Positions 26,758-36,270 of a stretch of 56,914 nucleotides of DNA are shown here, piece by piece (the stretch's first letter is position 1; each line of letters starts with the position of its first letter). The notes under the pieces were generated by a model. The model had not been told where the DNA came from, did not search any database, and saw only the letters and a list, made by a program, of their open reading frames with translations. The DNA is from an uncultured Gammaproteobacteria bacterium. Its GTDB lineage: Bacteria > Patescibacteriota > Microgenomatia > PFEM01 > DATLAM01. Both the position numbers and the translations under genes were made by a program. Location: contig CAZMIZ010000006.1 in assembly GCA_964566925.1 (NCBI GenBank), positions 1-56,914 of the forward strand. Direction: 5' to 3'.

Positions 26758-27803
26758 CTTAAACCTCCGGTCACCCGGACTTTTTTCAAAAGATCCGGTT
26801 CGGCTAAAACCTTGGCGCACCCCCGAACGACAGCGGTCATCGGGTCATCCGCCACCCAAACCGGCATTTTCGTCTCCTCGGCAATTAGTTTATCCAAGCC
26901 CGATAGTTGAGAAGCCCCTCCTACCAAAGTAATTCCCCGGGAAACAATGTCTGAAACCAGCTCTGGAGGCGTTTCCTCAATCACTTCGGAAAGCTGATCA
27001 ACAATTTGGCGAACAATCGGGGCAATCGCCTCCCGAACCTCACCGCTGGCCAGTTTTAAAGATTGAGGCAAGCCTGTTTCTAGCCCCCGCCCGCGAACGA
27101 CTATCTGTTTTTCTTTTTCGCCTGGGTAAGCACTGCCAATCTCAATTTTGATTTCTTCAGCCGTCACCTCACCTAACAAAAGCGAATATTTAAGCCGGGC
27201 AAAGGTCACAATCGCCTGATCCATCTCGTCTCCGGCCACCCGCAAACACCGCTCAATGACAATCCCGCCTAAAGAGATAACGGCAATTTCGGTTGTTCCC
27301 CCACCAATGTCTACTAAAAGCATTCCTTGAGGCTCATCAATAGGTAAATCCACCCCAATCGCCGCGGCCATTGGTTCTTCTACTAAATAGGCTTTACGGG
27401 CGCCGGCAGAAAGACAAACATCCTGAACCGCCCGGCGTTCAACTTCAGTCACCCCAGTCGGAATGCCAACGGCCACCCGCGGCTTAGGAATCTTGGGAAT
27501 TAAACCGCCTGATTGATGGGTTTCCTTAATGTAACGGGTCAACATTGCCTCGGCCGCATCAAAATCGGCAATTACCCCATCCCGTAACGGCCGAACCGCT
27601 TCAATTGTATTAGGGGTCTTCCCCATCATCTTTTTAGCCTCAGAGCCAATGGCTAAAATTTCCTTAGTTTTTTTATGGCGGGCCACCACTGAAGGCTCTC
27701 GAATGACAATCCCTTTGCCACCAACCAAAACTAGGGTATTAGCCGTTCCTAAATCGATCGCCAAATCGTGGGAAAAAAGGCCGAAAATTGAGTCAATAAT
27801 CAT
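26754..27803 (-). CDS. mreB: Rod shape-determining protein MreB
   Basis: DLAIDLGTANT, IREPSVVA, PLRDGVIADF, VDIGGGTTE. Confidence 0.98.
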   Translation of the reverse strand: MIIDSIFGLFSHDLAIDLGTANTLVLVGGKGIVIREPSVVARHKKTKEILAIGSEAKKMMGKTPNTIEAVRPLRDGVIADFDAAEAMLTRYIKETHQSGGLIPKIPKPRVAVGIPTGVTEVERRAVQDVCLSAGARKAYLVEEPMAAAIGVDLPIDEPQGMLLVDIGGGTTEIAVISLGGIVIERCLRVAGDEMDQAIVTFARLKYSLLLGEVTAEEIKIEIGSAYPGEKEKQIVVRGRGLETGLPQSLKLASGEVREAIAPIVRQIVDQLSEVIEETPPELVSDIVSRGITLVGGASQLSGLDKLIAEETKMPVWVADDPMTAVVRGCAKVLAEPDLLKKVRVTGGLR

Positions 27804-27861
27804 GATGAATAACCTTCAGTTAACGAGGGCAGGAAACCTTGAAGTTAGTATACCATAATAC

Positions 27862-28167
27862 TTATTCTTTTTTGGGAGAAAAACAAACCACTCTTTTCCC
27901 ATCTTGGGAGATCCATGAAGAGGCCAGGGGTAATTTTCGGAGTAATTCTGGATCCCAACCAGTTAGTCGAGCCACTTTCCAAGTGGTTAAACCACTCTTT
28001 TTGGTATAGATTTTACCACCAGTTAGATAATCATAAGGATCAAGTTCAGCCAAACCTCTCGCTTCATCTAGGGTGGTTGGGACAAAACTGTTGCGAAAAC
28101 GGAAATAGCCACTCTCCTTGCCTAAAGCCATGGGGTGAATGATAACAAAATGTTTGTTCCTTAGCAA
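27862..28167 (-). CDS. Hypothetical protein
   Basis: 101-aa ORF filling the gap before mreB; no motif. Confidence 0.5.
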   Translation of the reverse strand: MLRNKHFVIIHPMALGKESGYFRFRNSFVPTTLDEARGLAELDPYDYLTGGKIYTKKSGLTTWKVARLTGWDPELLRKLPLASSWISQDGKRVVCFSPKKE

Positions 28168-28197
28168 GGAATCTGTTAAACTGAAAATCGAAAACCT

Positions 28198-30294
28198 ATG
28201 GAAAAACTGGAAAATCTAATTGATAAGACTATTGAACGAAGCTTTTGTCTTCTCTTCTTTCTGGTTCCTCTCATTCTCACCCCTTTTAACTACGAGCTCT
28301 TCGAATACAATAAAATGCTGCTCGTTTATCTCTTTACCGCCATTATTGTGGCTGCCTGGCTAATCAAGATGATTCTTCAAAAAAGAATTATCTTTACCCG
28401 GACTTTTCTGGATCTTCCCTTACTTATTTTCTTAATTTCCCAATTACTTAGTTACTTTTTCTCTATTGACCGCCACACCAGCTTCTGGGGTTATTATTCC
28501 CGCTCTCATGGCGGCCTAGCCTCAACTTTTGCCTATCTCTGTCTTTATTGGGCTTTTGTTGCCAACATGGATCTCAAAAAAACACTTTCGGCTCTTCACT
28601 TTTCCCTTTTCGCTGGCGGTTTGGTGGCTGGCTACGGAATTCTGGAACATTTTGGCATTGATAAAAACTACTGGGTCCAGGATGTTCAAAACCGAGTTTT
28701 TTCAACCCTCGGCCAACCTAACTGGTTAGCCGCCTATTTGGTTGCCCTTCTTCCCTTAACCTGGGCCTTAACCCTTGAAACTCAAAAGAAGAAATCAAAA
28801 ACCGCTCTTTACTTTTTCCTCTCAGTCCTTTTTTATCTGGCCCTTACTTTTACCAAGTCCCGTTCCGGCTTTTTAGGCTTGAGCGCTGCCTATCTTGTCT
28901 TCTGGGGGATGATTTTCCTGCAACGTCTTCTCAGGCGTAAAAAAATCGCCCCTCTTTTGGCGCTGCGCCAAATGCCCAAAACCTTTTTCATTCTCACCGT
29001 TGTCATGATTCTTTTAAGCATTATTGCCGGCACTCCCTGGACACCAAAGCTAGAGCACCTCATCCGAAAGCCCCAAGCTAAACAACAAGCCTCCCCGATT
29101 CCTGCTGGCGGAACCGAGTCCGGTGAAATCAGGAAAATTGTCTGGCAAGGAGCAATTGATGTCTGGCGCCATTATCCCCTCTTAGGCACCGGTCCAGAAA
29201 CCTTTGCCTATTCTTATTACAATTTCCGTCCCCGGGAGCATAATGACGTCTCTGAATGGGATTTTCTTTACAACAAGGCCCACAATGAATATCTCAACTT
29301 TGCGGCCAACACCGGCACCCTAGGACTTTTGGCCTATTTAGGGGTAATTGGAGGGTTCATCTTTTGGTCGCTTAAAAAAATAATAACGGCAATCAGAGAA
29401 AATAAGAAAATTTCTAATTTCCCAAGATTTTATTATTTTAGTCTTGCCCTTTTGGCGGGTTACGCCAGCATCCTAGTCACCAACTTCTTTGGTTTTTCGG
29501 TGGTGGTCGTCGGCCTGCTCTTCTTCCTCTACCCTGCGTTCGCTTTCGTGCTCAGTCAGGAAGAAAATAATACAAAGGGCATAGCGCATAGGAACGAAAA
29601 AAAATCTTTGGATTGGCCACAAAAAATCTTTACATTTTTCTTTGCGCTGTGCGCTATTTACTTTTTCCTGCGCCTGGCGCAGTTTTGGTATGCCGACACT
29701 CTTTTTGCTAAAGGTAAAAAGCTTAATGAGGTCAATCAATATAATCAAGCCTTCGGGGAACTCCAAGCCGCTGTCCAGCTAAATTTTTCTGAACCTTTTT
29801 ACCATGATGAGTTGGCCCAATCCGCCGCCAGCCTGGCCGTAGCCGCCCACCAGCAAGAGGAAGCTAGTTTAAGCGCGGAATTAACTACCCTGGCGATTTC
29901 CGAATCTGATCAAACCTTAAAAATTTCTCCCTGGCATCTGAACTTCTGGAAAAACCGGACTCGGGTCTTCTATACTCTCGCCGAGATCGATGAAAGCTAT
30001 TATCAGGAGGCGCTTTCTTCTCTCCTCAAAGCCGCGGAAATTGCGCCCACTGATGCCAAAGTCTTCTATAATTTAGCCGTTCTTTATGGCCGGTTGGGCC
30101 AAAATCAAACCGCTATCGAGACCCTGGAAAAGACTATCCAATTGAAACCCAATTATGAAGCCGCCCGTTGGGCCCTGGCCCTTTTTTATGAACAAGAAGG
30201 AAATTTAGAGAAAGCCAAAGAAGAGTTAAATTATATCTTGGAAAAAATCAATCCCAACAACCAAACAGTCAAAGAGAAACTGGAGGAGCTTTGA
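28198..30294 (+). CDS. O-antigen ligase/Wzy_C-family membrane protein with C-terminal TPRs
   Basis: RVFSTLGQPNWLAAY, TKSRSG, GTGPETF, KAHNEYL; TPR helices at the C-terminus. Confidence 0.9.
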   Translation: MEKLENLIDKTIERSFCLLFFLVPLILTPFNYELFEYNKMLLVYLFTAIIVAAWLIKMILQKRIIFTRTFLDLPLLIFLISQLLSYFFSIDRHTSFWGYYSRSHGGLASTFAYLCLYWAFVANMDLKKTLSALHFSLFAGGLVAGYGILEHFGIDKNYWVQDVQNRVFSTLGQPNWLAAYLVALLPLTWALTLETQKKKSKTALYFFLSVLFYLALTFTKSRSGFLGLSAAYLVFWGMIFLQRLLRRKKIAPLLALRQMPKTFFILTVVMILLSIIAGTPWTPKLEHLIRKPQAKQQASPIPAGGTESGEIRKIVWQGAIDVWRHYPLLGTGPETFAYSYYNFRPREHNDVSEWDFLYNKAHNEYLNFAANTGTLGLLAYLGVIGGFIFWSLKKIITAIRENKKISNFPRFYYFSLALLAGYASILVTNFFGFSVVVVGLLFFLYPAFAFVLSQEENNTKGIAHRNEKKSLDWPQKIFTFFFALCAIYFFLRLAQFWYADTLFAKGKKLNEVNQYNQAFGELQAAVQLNFSEPFYHDELAQSAASLAVAAHQQEEASLSAELTTLAISESDQTLKISPWHLNFWKNRTRVFYTLAEIDESYYQEALSSLLKAAEIAPTDAKVFYNLAVLYGRLGQNQTAIETLEKTIQLKPNYEAARWALALFYEQEGNLEKAKEELNYILEKINPNNQTVKEKLEEL

Positions 30295-31316
30295 AAGAAA
30301 CACTTTTAGCTAAAAAGCGCCCAGGCAAAAAAGTGGCTTGTTTTACCTGCCAACGGCGCTGTCTCGTCGCTCCTGGTAAATGGGGCTATTGTCAAACCAG
30401 AGTTAACAAAAACGGCAAACTTTATTCAGTCATTTATAATCTGGTTTCCTCGGTTAACATTGACCCAATTGAAAAGAAGCCGGTTTTCCATTACCAGCCT
30501 GGTTCGCCCTGTCTCTCTCTAGGCACCTACGGCTGCAACTTCCGTTGTAAATTCTGTCAAAACTGGCTTATTTCCCATGTTAACGGCGGTTCATTAAATA
30601 TCGACAACGAAAAAGCTCTTTCTCCTAAGGAGGCGGTTAAATTGGCCAAGAAATCAAAAGCCTCGGGCATTGCCTGGACCTACAACGAGCCCGCCATTTG
30701 GCTGGAATATTCGCTTGAAGGCGCCAAGCTAGCCAAAAAAGAAGGTCTTTATACCTGCTGGGTAACCAACGGCTACGCCACCAAAGAAGCGATTGACGCC
30801 ATTGCCCCTTATCTTAGTATTTACCGAGTGGATCTCAAAAGCTTTGATGACCGCCTTTATCAAAAACTAAGCAACATTCCTTTGGCGGCTGGCGTTTTTA
30901 AAACCCTAAAATATGTTCATGACAAATATCCCCAGATCCACATTGAGTGTATTACCAATGTCGTCCCTACCTGGAATGATAGCGAAGACAATCTCAAGCG
31001 GATAGCAAACTGGATTATCAAAAACATTGGCCCTAAAACCCCCTGGCATGTCACCCGCTTTTTTCCTTACGCCGATTTGACTGACGTCCCTCCAACCCCT
31101 GAAGAAACCCTTTATCAAGCCCGGAAACTAGGCATGAAAGAAGGATTAGAGTTTGTTTATATCGGCAATATGGCGGTGGACAAAGAGGACGACACCTTTT
31201 GCCCGAAATGTAAAAACCTGGCCATCCGCCGCACCGGCTACTCGGTTGAGGTTTTGGGGGTGGACAAGGAAGGAAAATGTGAAGATTGCGGTGAAGATTT
31301 GAATATTAAAATGTAA
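30291..31316 (+). CDS. amrS: AmmeMemoRadiSam system radical SAM enzyme
   Basis: IDPIEKKPVFHYQPG, GCNFRCKFCQN, WTYNEP, PWHVTRFFP, FVYIGN. Confidence 0.93.
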   Translation: MKETLLAKKRPGKKVACFTCQRRCLVAPGKWGYCQTRVNKNGKLYSVIYNLVSSVNIDPIEKKPVFHYQPGSPCLSLGTYGCNFRCKFCQNWLISHVNGGSLNIDNEKALSPKEAVKLAKKSKASGIAWTYNEPAIWLEYSLEGAKLAKKEGLYTCWVTNGYATKEAIDAIAPYLSIYRVDLKSFDDRLYQKLSNIPLAAGVFKTLKYVHDKYPQIHIECITNVVPTWNDSEDNLKRIANWIIKNIGPKTPWHVTRFFPYADLTDVPPTPEETLYQARKLGMKEGLEFVYIGNMAVDKEDDTFCPKCKNLAIRRTGYSVEVLGVDKEGKCEDCGEDLNIKM

Positions 31317-31319
31317 GAA

Positions 31320-32783
31320 ATGAAAACCAAGAAATTCACCATTCTTCACTCCAACGACATGCATGGCGACTTCTTTGCTGAAGACCAACGGGGTAAATTA
31401 ATCGGTGGCTTAGCTCTCCTTTCCGGCTATATCAATCAAGTCAGAAAAGAGGAAGAAAACGTTCTCTTTGTTATCTCCGGCGACATGCTCCAAGGCTCAA
31501 TCATTGATTCGGAGTACAAAGGCATCTCCACCATGGAAATTATGAACTATCTGGCTCCAGATGTGGTCTCTACTGGTAACCACGAGTTTGATTATGGCCT
31601 CCCCCATCTTCTTTTCCTGGAACGAGTGGCCAACTTCCCAATTGTCAATGCCAATCTTTATATTAAAGGTTATAACAAGCGCTTGATGAAACCTTATCTT
31701 ATCCTTAGAAAAGCTGGGTTTGATATCCTCTTTACCGGCATTATCACCGAGAAGGTCATGGATAGTATTAACCAAGATGAGCTCATCGGCAGTTTTATTA
31801 GCCTAGAGGAAGCCAGCCATGAGGTCGGTAAAATCTGTAATGCCTACAAAAATGACGATATCGACCTAACCGTCCTTTTAACCCATATTGGCTTTGACTC
31901 CGATGTTGAGCTGGCCAAACTTTTAAAGCCCCAGTGGGGCGTGGATCTAATCATTGGTGGTCATTCTCACACAATCTTGAAAAAACCAGCTAAAGTCAAT
32001 AACATTCTGATCACTCAGGCCGGAGTCGGCACCAACCAGGTCGGCCGGTTCGATCTGGTGGTTGATGACGATACTAACAGCATTATTGACTATCGATGGA
32101 AGCTGATTCCCATTGAAAGTGGCCTCGCCAAACCAGATCAGAAATTAAAAGACTTTATTGCTTCCTTTAAGGGCAAAGTAGATCATAAATATAATACCGT
32201 TATCTGTAAATTTGCCAAAAAATTAATCCACCCGAAAAGGGAAATCGAAACTTCACTGGGTAATCTCATTGCTGATGCTTTTGCCGAAAACGCTGAATGT
32301 GATGTGATGCTGGTGGGCAGTGGCTCAATCAGGGTAAAAGAAATGGGACCGGTGGTCACTTTGATGGATTTGATGGCCTGTTTCCCTTATGATGACACCT
32401 TAACGCGTTTTTCCATTCCTGGCTCAAAGCTTAGGAAAATCTTCGAACATTTTATGAGGAAGAAAAATCGAAACAGCGAGGGTGAGTGCTATCAGGTCAG
32501 CAGTAATGTCCGGACAGTTTACTCAGACAAGGAAGGCAAACTCCTGACTTTTGAGATTAATCAAGTATCAGTCAAAGACACCCAGTTTTATACTCTTTGC
32601 TTACAAAATTATCATTTTAAAAACTCGGCTGAATACTTAAATATCACCAATCAAGAATTGCTGGAGTCGGGCAAGCAAAAAGTAGTCACCACTTCGGCCC
32701 AAGATGTTCTGGAAGAATATTTGAGAAGTCATCAAAACATCAGCCGCGAAACTGAAGGCAGGCTTCAATATAAACCAAAATAA
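31320..32783 (+). CDS. Bifunctional metallophosphatase / 5'-nucleotidase
   Basis: LHSNDMHG, SGDMLQG, GNHEFD, LTHIG, IIGGHSHT, 5'-NT C-domain. Confidence 0.92.
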   Translation: MKTKKFTILHSNDMHGDFFAEDQRGKLIGGLALLSGYINQVRKEEENVLFVISGDMLQGSIIDSEYKGISTMEIMNYLAPDVVSTGNHEFDYGLPHLLFLERVANFPIVNANLYIKGYNKRLMKPYLILRKAGFDILFTGIITEKVMDSINQDELIGSFISLEEASHEVGKICNAYKNDDIDLTVLLTHIGFDSDVELAKLLKPQWGVDLIIGGHSHTILKKPAKVNNILITQAGVGTNQVGRFDLVVDDDTNSIIDYRWKLIPIESGLAKPDQKLKDFIASFKGKVDHKYNTVICKFAKKLIHPKREIETSLGNLIADAFAENAECDVMLVGSGSIRVKEMGPVVTLMDLMACFPYDDTLTRFSIPGSKLRKIFEHFMRKKNRNSEGECYQVSSNVRTVYSDKEGKLLTFEINQVSVKDTQFYTLCLQNYHFKNSAEYLNITNQELLESGKQKVVTTSAQDVLEEYLRSHQNISRETEGRLQYKPK

Positions 32784-32849
32784 CAAAAGATTTTGGCTTC
32801 TTAGTCATCTGATAGCCCGAGTCTTGCTTTAGTATGATAAAATCCAGGT

Positions 32850-33275
32850 GTGACAGAAAGACTTTCTCCAATAACAGTTGGGTTTCAAAGAACCGTCATT
32901 AACGTTGCCAGTCTTAGGGTCAATGCTAAAAACCCAGAAGAAAGAATCCAAGCGGTTCCCAACTCGGAAAGCATAAGGGCGGCTGTTTTTCTTCCAGAAG
33001 ACGGCCATTTAGAGATTGCGGATAAGCCTTGGGAAGGCCACGCTGGGCTTTGGCTTAAAAGGGCAGGTGTTTGCCAAGAAGAAGGGCTTAATCCGCCATC
33101 AGCTGAGACCGTTTCCGGAGAATGTTTTGAGTTTGAAGGCGAAAGATATCTTCATCTTTACATTGACCCAAGCCAAGAGGTCATTGAAGCTCTGCAAACA
33201 AATTATCCTGAGTTAATTCTCTTAGGCCTGGGTTTTAAACCTCTCCCTTCTGTCAAGGAAGCTTCAGGAGCCTAG
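32850..33275 (+). CDS. Hypothetical protein
   Basis: 141-aa ORF, GTG start 6 nt after TGA-TAAAAT. Confidence 0.55.
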   Translation: MTERLSPITVGFQRTVINVASLRVNAKNPEERIQAVPNSESIRAAVFLPEDGHLEIADKPWEGHAGLWLKRAGVCQEEGLNPPSAETVSGECFEFEGERYLHLYIDPSQEVIEALQTNYPELILLGLGFKPLPSVKEASGA

Positions 33276-33326
33276 AACCACCTTTCTCTTTTGAAAATTC
33301 TTCTTGGCTGCTGTAAAATCTAACCA

Positions 33327-33944
33327 GTGTTGGTTTTTGCGTGTCTCAGTCCTCATCCACCAATTATTTTGCCTACGGTTGGCTCGGAAACCGATCGAGC
33401 CCAGGTAAAGAAAACGATCGCATCGCTGGAAAAATTAGGTAAACAATTAGCTAAAGCCAAACCTGATTATCTCCTTATCTCCTCCCCTCATCCGGACTGG
33501 GGGTTCAATGTCCCCCTTCACTTCTTAGCCAAAGATGTTCGCGGGATTGAGGTGAAAACTTATCTCACCGATTCTGCCTCTCCTGGAGTCCATTTCAAGC
33601 GCGGAAAAGAACTCATTAAAAGTTTACCTCGAGCCAGGCGGTGGGCCTGGATTGCCTCCGGGGACATGAGTCATCGCTTAAAAGAAGACGGCCCCTATGG
33701 CCTCCACCCTTCAGGCCTAAAATTTGATAAGAAGCTTATTAACCTTTTAAAGAAAAAAGATGTCCCGGGAATCTTAAATCTTGATCCAAGACTGGTTGAA
33801 GAGGCTGGCGAATGCGGTTTGCGCTCCTTTTGTCTACTTCTGGGGGTTTTAGAAGGAGCGAAAATCAAATGGAAGCCGGAAATTTTATCCTACGAAGGCC
33901 CATTCGGCGTCGGTTATTTAGTGGCCAATTTCAAACTCAAATGA
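33327..33944 (+). CDS. amrB: AmmeMemoRadiSam system protein B (MEMO/LigB-like, shortened)
   Basis: SPHPPII, ISSPH, IASGDMSHRL, AGECGLRS, SYEGPFGVGY. Confidence 0.88.
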   Translation: MLVFACLSPHPPIILPTVGSETDRAQVKKTIASLEKLGKQLAKAKPDYLLISSPHPDWGFNVPLHFLAKDVRGIEVKTYLTDSASPGVHFKRGKELIKSLPRARRWAWIASGDMSHRLKEDGPYGLHPSGLKFDKKLINLLKKKDVPGILNLDPRLVEEAGECGLRSFCLLLGVLEGAKIKWKPEILSYEGPFGVGYLVANFKLK

Positions 33945-34462
33945 GAAATGCTTACGTTAATTTAGCCAAAAAAACAATTAAAACCCATCTGGAGACAGGA
34001 AAGGTTCCTTCTCTCCCAAAAAACCTGCCTGTTGAAATGCTCGCCAGAAAAGCCGGGGTCTTTGTTTCCCTTCATCAAAAAAACGGCTCCCTTCGAGGCT
34101 GCATTGGCACTTTTAAGCCAACCAAAGAAAATTTGGCCCAAGAAATCACCACCAACGCGATTGCCGCCGCCACCCAGGATCCCCGTTTTCCTCCCGTCAC
34201 CTTAAAGGAATTACCTAATCTTGTCTTTTCTGTTGACATCCTTTCTGCCTCAAAAAAAGTATCAAACCATAAACTTTTAGATCCCAAAAAATACGGCCTG
34301 ATTGTTTCCACGGGAGATGGCCGAAGGGGCTTACTTCTCCCTGATTTACCAGGCGTGGAGACGGCCGAAGATCAAATGGTGATTTGCCGGCGCAAAGCCG
34401 GAATTGGGTCAAAAGAAAAAGTCGCTCTAAAAACCTTCACGGTGAAACGTCACCACGAATAG
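33941..34462 (+). CDS. amrA: AmmeMemoRadiSam system protein A (AMMECR1 family); start moved to ATG 33941
   Basis: GVFVSLH...LRGCIGT, AATQDPRFPPV, GLLLPDL; ATGA overlap with amrB stop. Confidence 0.92.
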   Translation: MRNAYVNLAKKTIKTHLETGKVPSLPKNLPVEMLARKAGVFVSLHQKNGSLRGCIGTFKPTKENLAQEITTNAIAAATQDPRFPPVTLKELPNLVFSVDILSASKKVSNHKLLDPKKYGLIVSTGDGRRGLLLPDLPGVETAEDQMVICRRKAGIGSKEKVALKTFTVKRHHE

Positions 34463-34494
34463 ATTTCCAGCCTCACTTTTGTTAAAATAAAGTT

Positions 34495-35043
34495 ATGGCA
34501 ATTCAAAAAATCATCACTGTGTCTAATCCGTCGCTGCGCAAGAAGTCAAAGCCGATCAGAAAAGTAGACCAAAAGATCAAAAATTTGGCTAAAGATTTAA
34601 TTGATACGGCTAAGGCCGCCAAAGAGCCTAGGGGTGTTGGCCTTTCCGCGGTTCAAATCAACCAGCCAGTCAGGATTTTCGTGATTAAGCGGGGTAAGAA
34701 ATTTGTCCCTTTTATTAATCCCCAGATCGTTTGGCAATCAAAAAAGCGCTTCAGTCAAGTTCTGGAAAAAGAAAAACTCTTCATGGAAGGTTGTCTTTCA
34801 ATCCCGGGCTACTACGGCTTTGTTGATCGACCTCATGCAGCGAAGCTTAAATGGCAGGATCTTCAGGGGAAAACCCACCAAGAACAATTCGAAAATCGAG
34901 AATCGGCTTATGTCCAGCATGAACTTGACCATTTGAACGGTGTCCTTTTCGTTGACCGAATCTTAAAGCAAAAAGGCAGTGTCTATAAACTGGGTAAAGA
35001 TGATCAAGGCGAGGAAACCTTGGTTGAAGTTAATCTTCCATGA
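34495..35043 (+). CDS. def: Peptide deformylase
   Basis: GVGLSAVQI, EGCLSIP, QHELDHLNG. Confidence 0.97.
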   Translation: MAIQKIITVSNPSLRKKSKPIRKVDQKIKNLAKDLIDTAKAAKEPRGVGLSAVQINQPVRIFVIKRGKKFVPFINPQIVWQSKKRFSQVLEKEKLFMEGCLSIPGYYGFVDRPHAAKLKWQDLQGKTHQEQFENRESAYVQHELDHLNGVLFVDRILKQKGSVYKLGKDDQGEETLVEVNLP

Positions 35044-35918
35044 AACCAAGAGTCATTTTTTTTGGTTCTGATAAATGCTCTGTTATCGTGCTGAATCAAT
35101 TGGTTAATGACAGCCGGTTCAAGATTGTGGGCGTGGCCACCCTTGAACCCAAGCCAAAAGGGAGAAAGCGCGAAGTAACCCCTAATCCGGTTGAAGAATA
35201 CACGAAAACTCTTTTTGAGATTAAATTTTTCCCTATTAAAAGATTTGATCAAAAATCAATCAATCAATTCAAGAAACTCAAAGCCGATGTCGGTATCTTG
35301 GCCTGGTACGGTAAGATTCTGCCTAAAGAAATCCTGGCAGTTCCTAAGTATGGAGTGCTAAACATCCACCCTTCTCTCCTCCCCAAATATCGCGGGCCTT
35401 CTCCGGTCCAAGATGCCATCATCAATGGCGATCAGGAAGCTGGAGTAACTATCTTTAAGATGGATGAGCAAATGGACCATGGCCCGATTGTGGCTCAATT
35501 CAAAGAAGAGATTAAGTCTAACGACACCGCCGAATCTTTGTACGAACGGCTTTTTACTCTCGGCGGTCAAGTACTAACCACTATTCTTCCTTCTTATCTA
35601 GAGAGCCAGATTAAACTCCGCCCCCAGAATCATCGCCAAGCCACTTTTACCCGAATCCTCAACCGAGATAGCGGCAAAATCGACTGGACGTTAGCCGACC
35701 AGCAAATTGAACGTCTTATCCGAGCCATGCACCCCTGGCCTGGCGCCTGGACCCTCCTTCGCTCTCCGAGCTTCGAAGGGCAGGCAAAAAGGTTAAAAAT
35801 CCTGGAAGCCCATCTTGAAAAAGGTAAGCTAATCTTAGATCGGGTTCAGCTTGAAGGGAAAAAACCAGTCGCCTGGAAGCAATTTCAAGAAGGCTATCCT
35901 GATTCGAAACTGATTTAA
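35040..35918 (+). CDS. fmt: Methionyl-tRNA formyltransferase
   Basis: NIHPSLLPKYRGPSP, MDEQMDHGPI, RAMHPWPGAW. Confidence 0.96.
   Translation: MKPRVIFFGSDKCSVIVLNQLVNDSRFKIVGVATLEPKPKGRKREVTPNPVEEYTKTLFEIKFFPIKRFDQKSINQFKKLKADVGILAWYGKILPKEILAVPKYGVLNIHPSLLPKYRGPSPVQDAIINGDQEAGVTIFKMDEQMDHGPIVAQFKEEIKSNDTAESLYERLFTLGGQVLTTILPSYLESQIKLRPQNHRQATFTRILNRDSGKIDWTLADQQIERLIRAMHPWPGAWTLLRSPSFEGQAKRLKILEAHLEKGKLILDRVQLEGKKPVAWKQFQEGYPDSKLI
35752..35785. repeat. REP-like palindrome inserted in frame in fmt (encodes LLRSPSFEGQA)
   Basis: CCCTCCTTCGCTCTCCGAGCTTCGAAGGGCAGGC; resembles the reverse complement of 22892-22925. Confidence 0.6.
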
Positions 35919-36172
35919 GCAGCTTTAGGGGTAAGGGGTTTTTTAGGGGCAGGTTTAACTTCTTCAGTTTTTGTTTCTTTTTTAGGCTTCTGGGCTTTTT
36001 TGACCGTTCTTAAACACTTGGTACACAGCCGCCATCTGCCAAACTTACCATTGAGCACCCCTCGAAAGGGTTGAAGGTTAGGCAAACTTATCTTCCGAGT
36101 TCTATTTTTAGCGTGGGAAACATTGCGGCCAATCATCACGCCTTTACCACACCGGTCGCATGCGTAAGCCAT
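35915..36172 (-). CDS. rpmB: 50S ribosomal protein L28 (start moved to ATG 36172)
   Basis: MAYACDRCGKG...GRNVSHAKNRTRK..LPNLQ...LCTKCLR. Confidence 0.95.
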   Translation of the reverse strand: MAYACDRCGKGVMIGRNVSHAKNRTRKISLPNLQPFRGVLNGKFGRWRLCTKCLRTVKKAQKPKKETKTEEVKPAPKKPLTPKAA

Positions 36173-36194
36173 ATGTGTTATACTATAGCACAAA

Positions 36195-36265
36195 CAATGA
36201 CAAATTTCTAATGTCTAATTTCTAAATTTTTTAGATCAATTAGTCATTAGGTCAATTAGAAATTG
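36195..36265. repeat. Pair of mutually inverted heptamer arrays with no intervening gene
   Basis: Left CAATGAC AAATTTC TAATGTC TAATTTC TAA; right arm reverse complement CAATTTC TAATTGACC TAATGAC TAATTGATC TAA. Confidence 0.75.
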
Positions 36266-36270
36266 CCCAT

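Noticed and set aside
33812-33940. Long N-terminus of AmrA
   Set aside because: It overlaps amrB in another frame; the ATGA coupling at 33941 is the better start.
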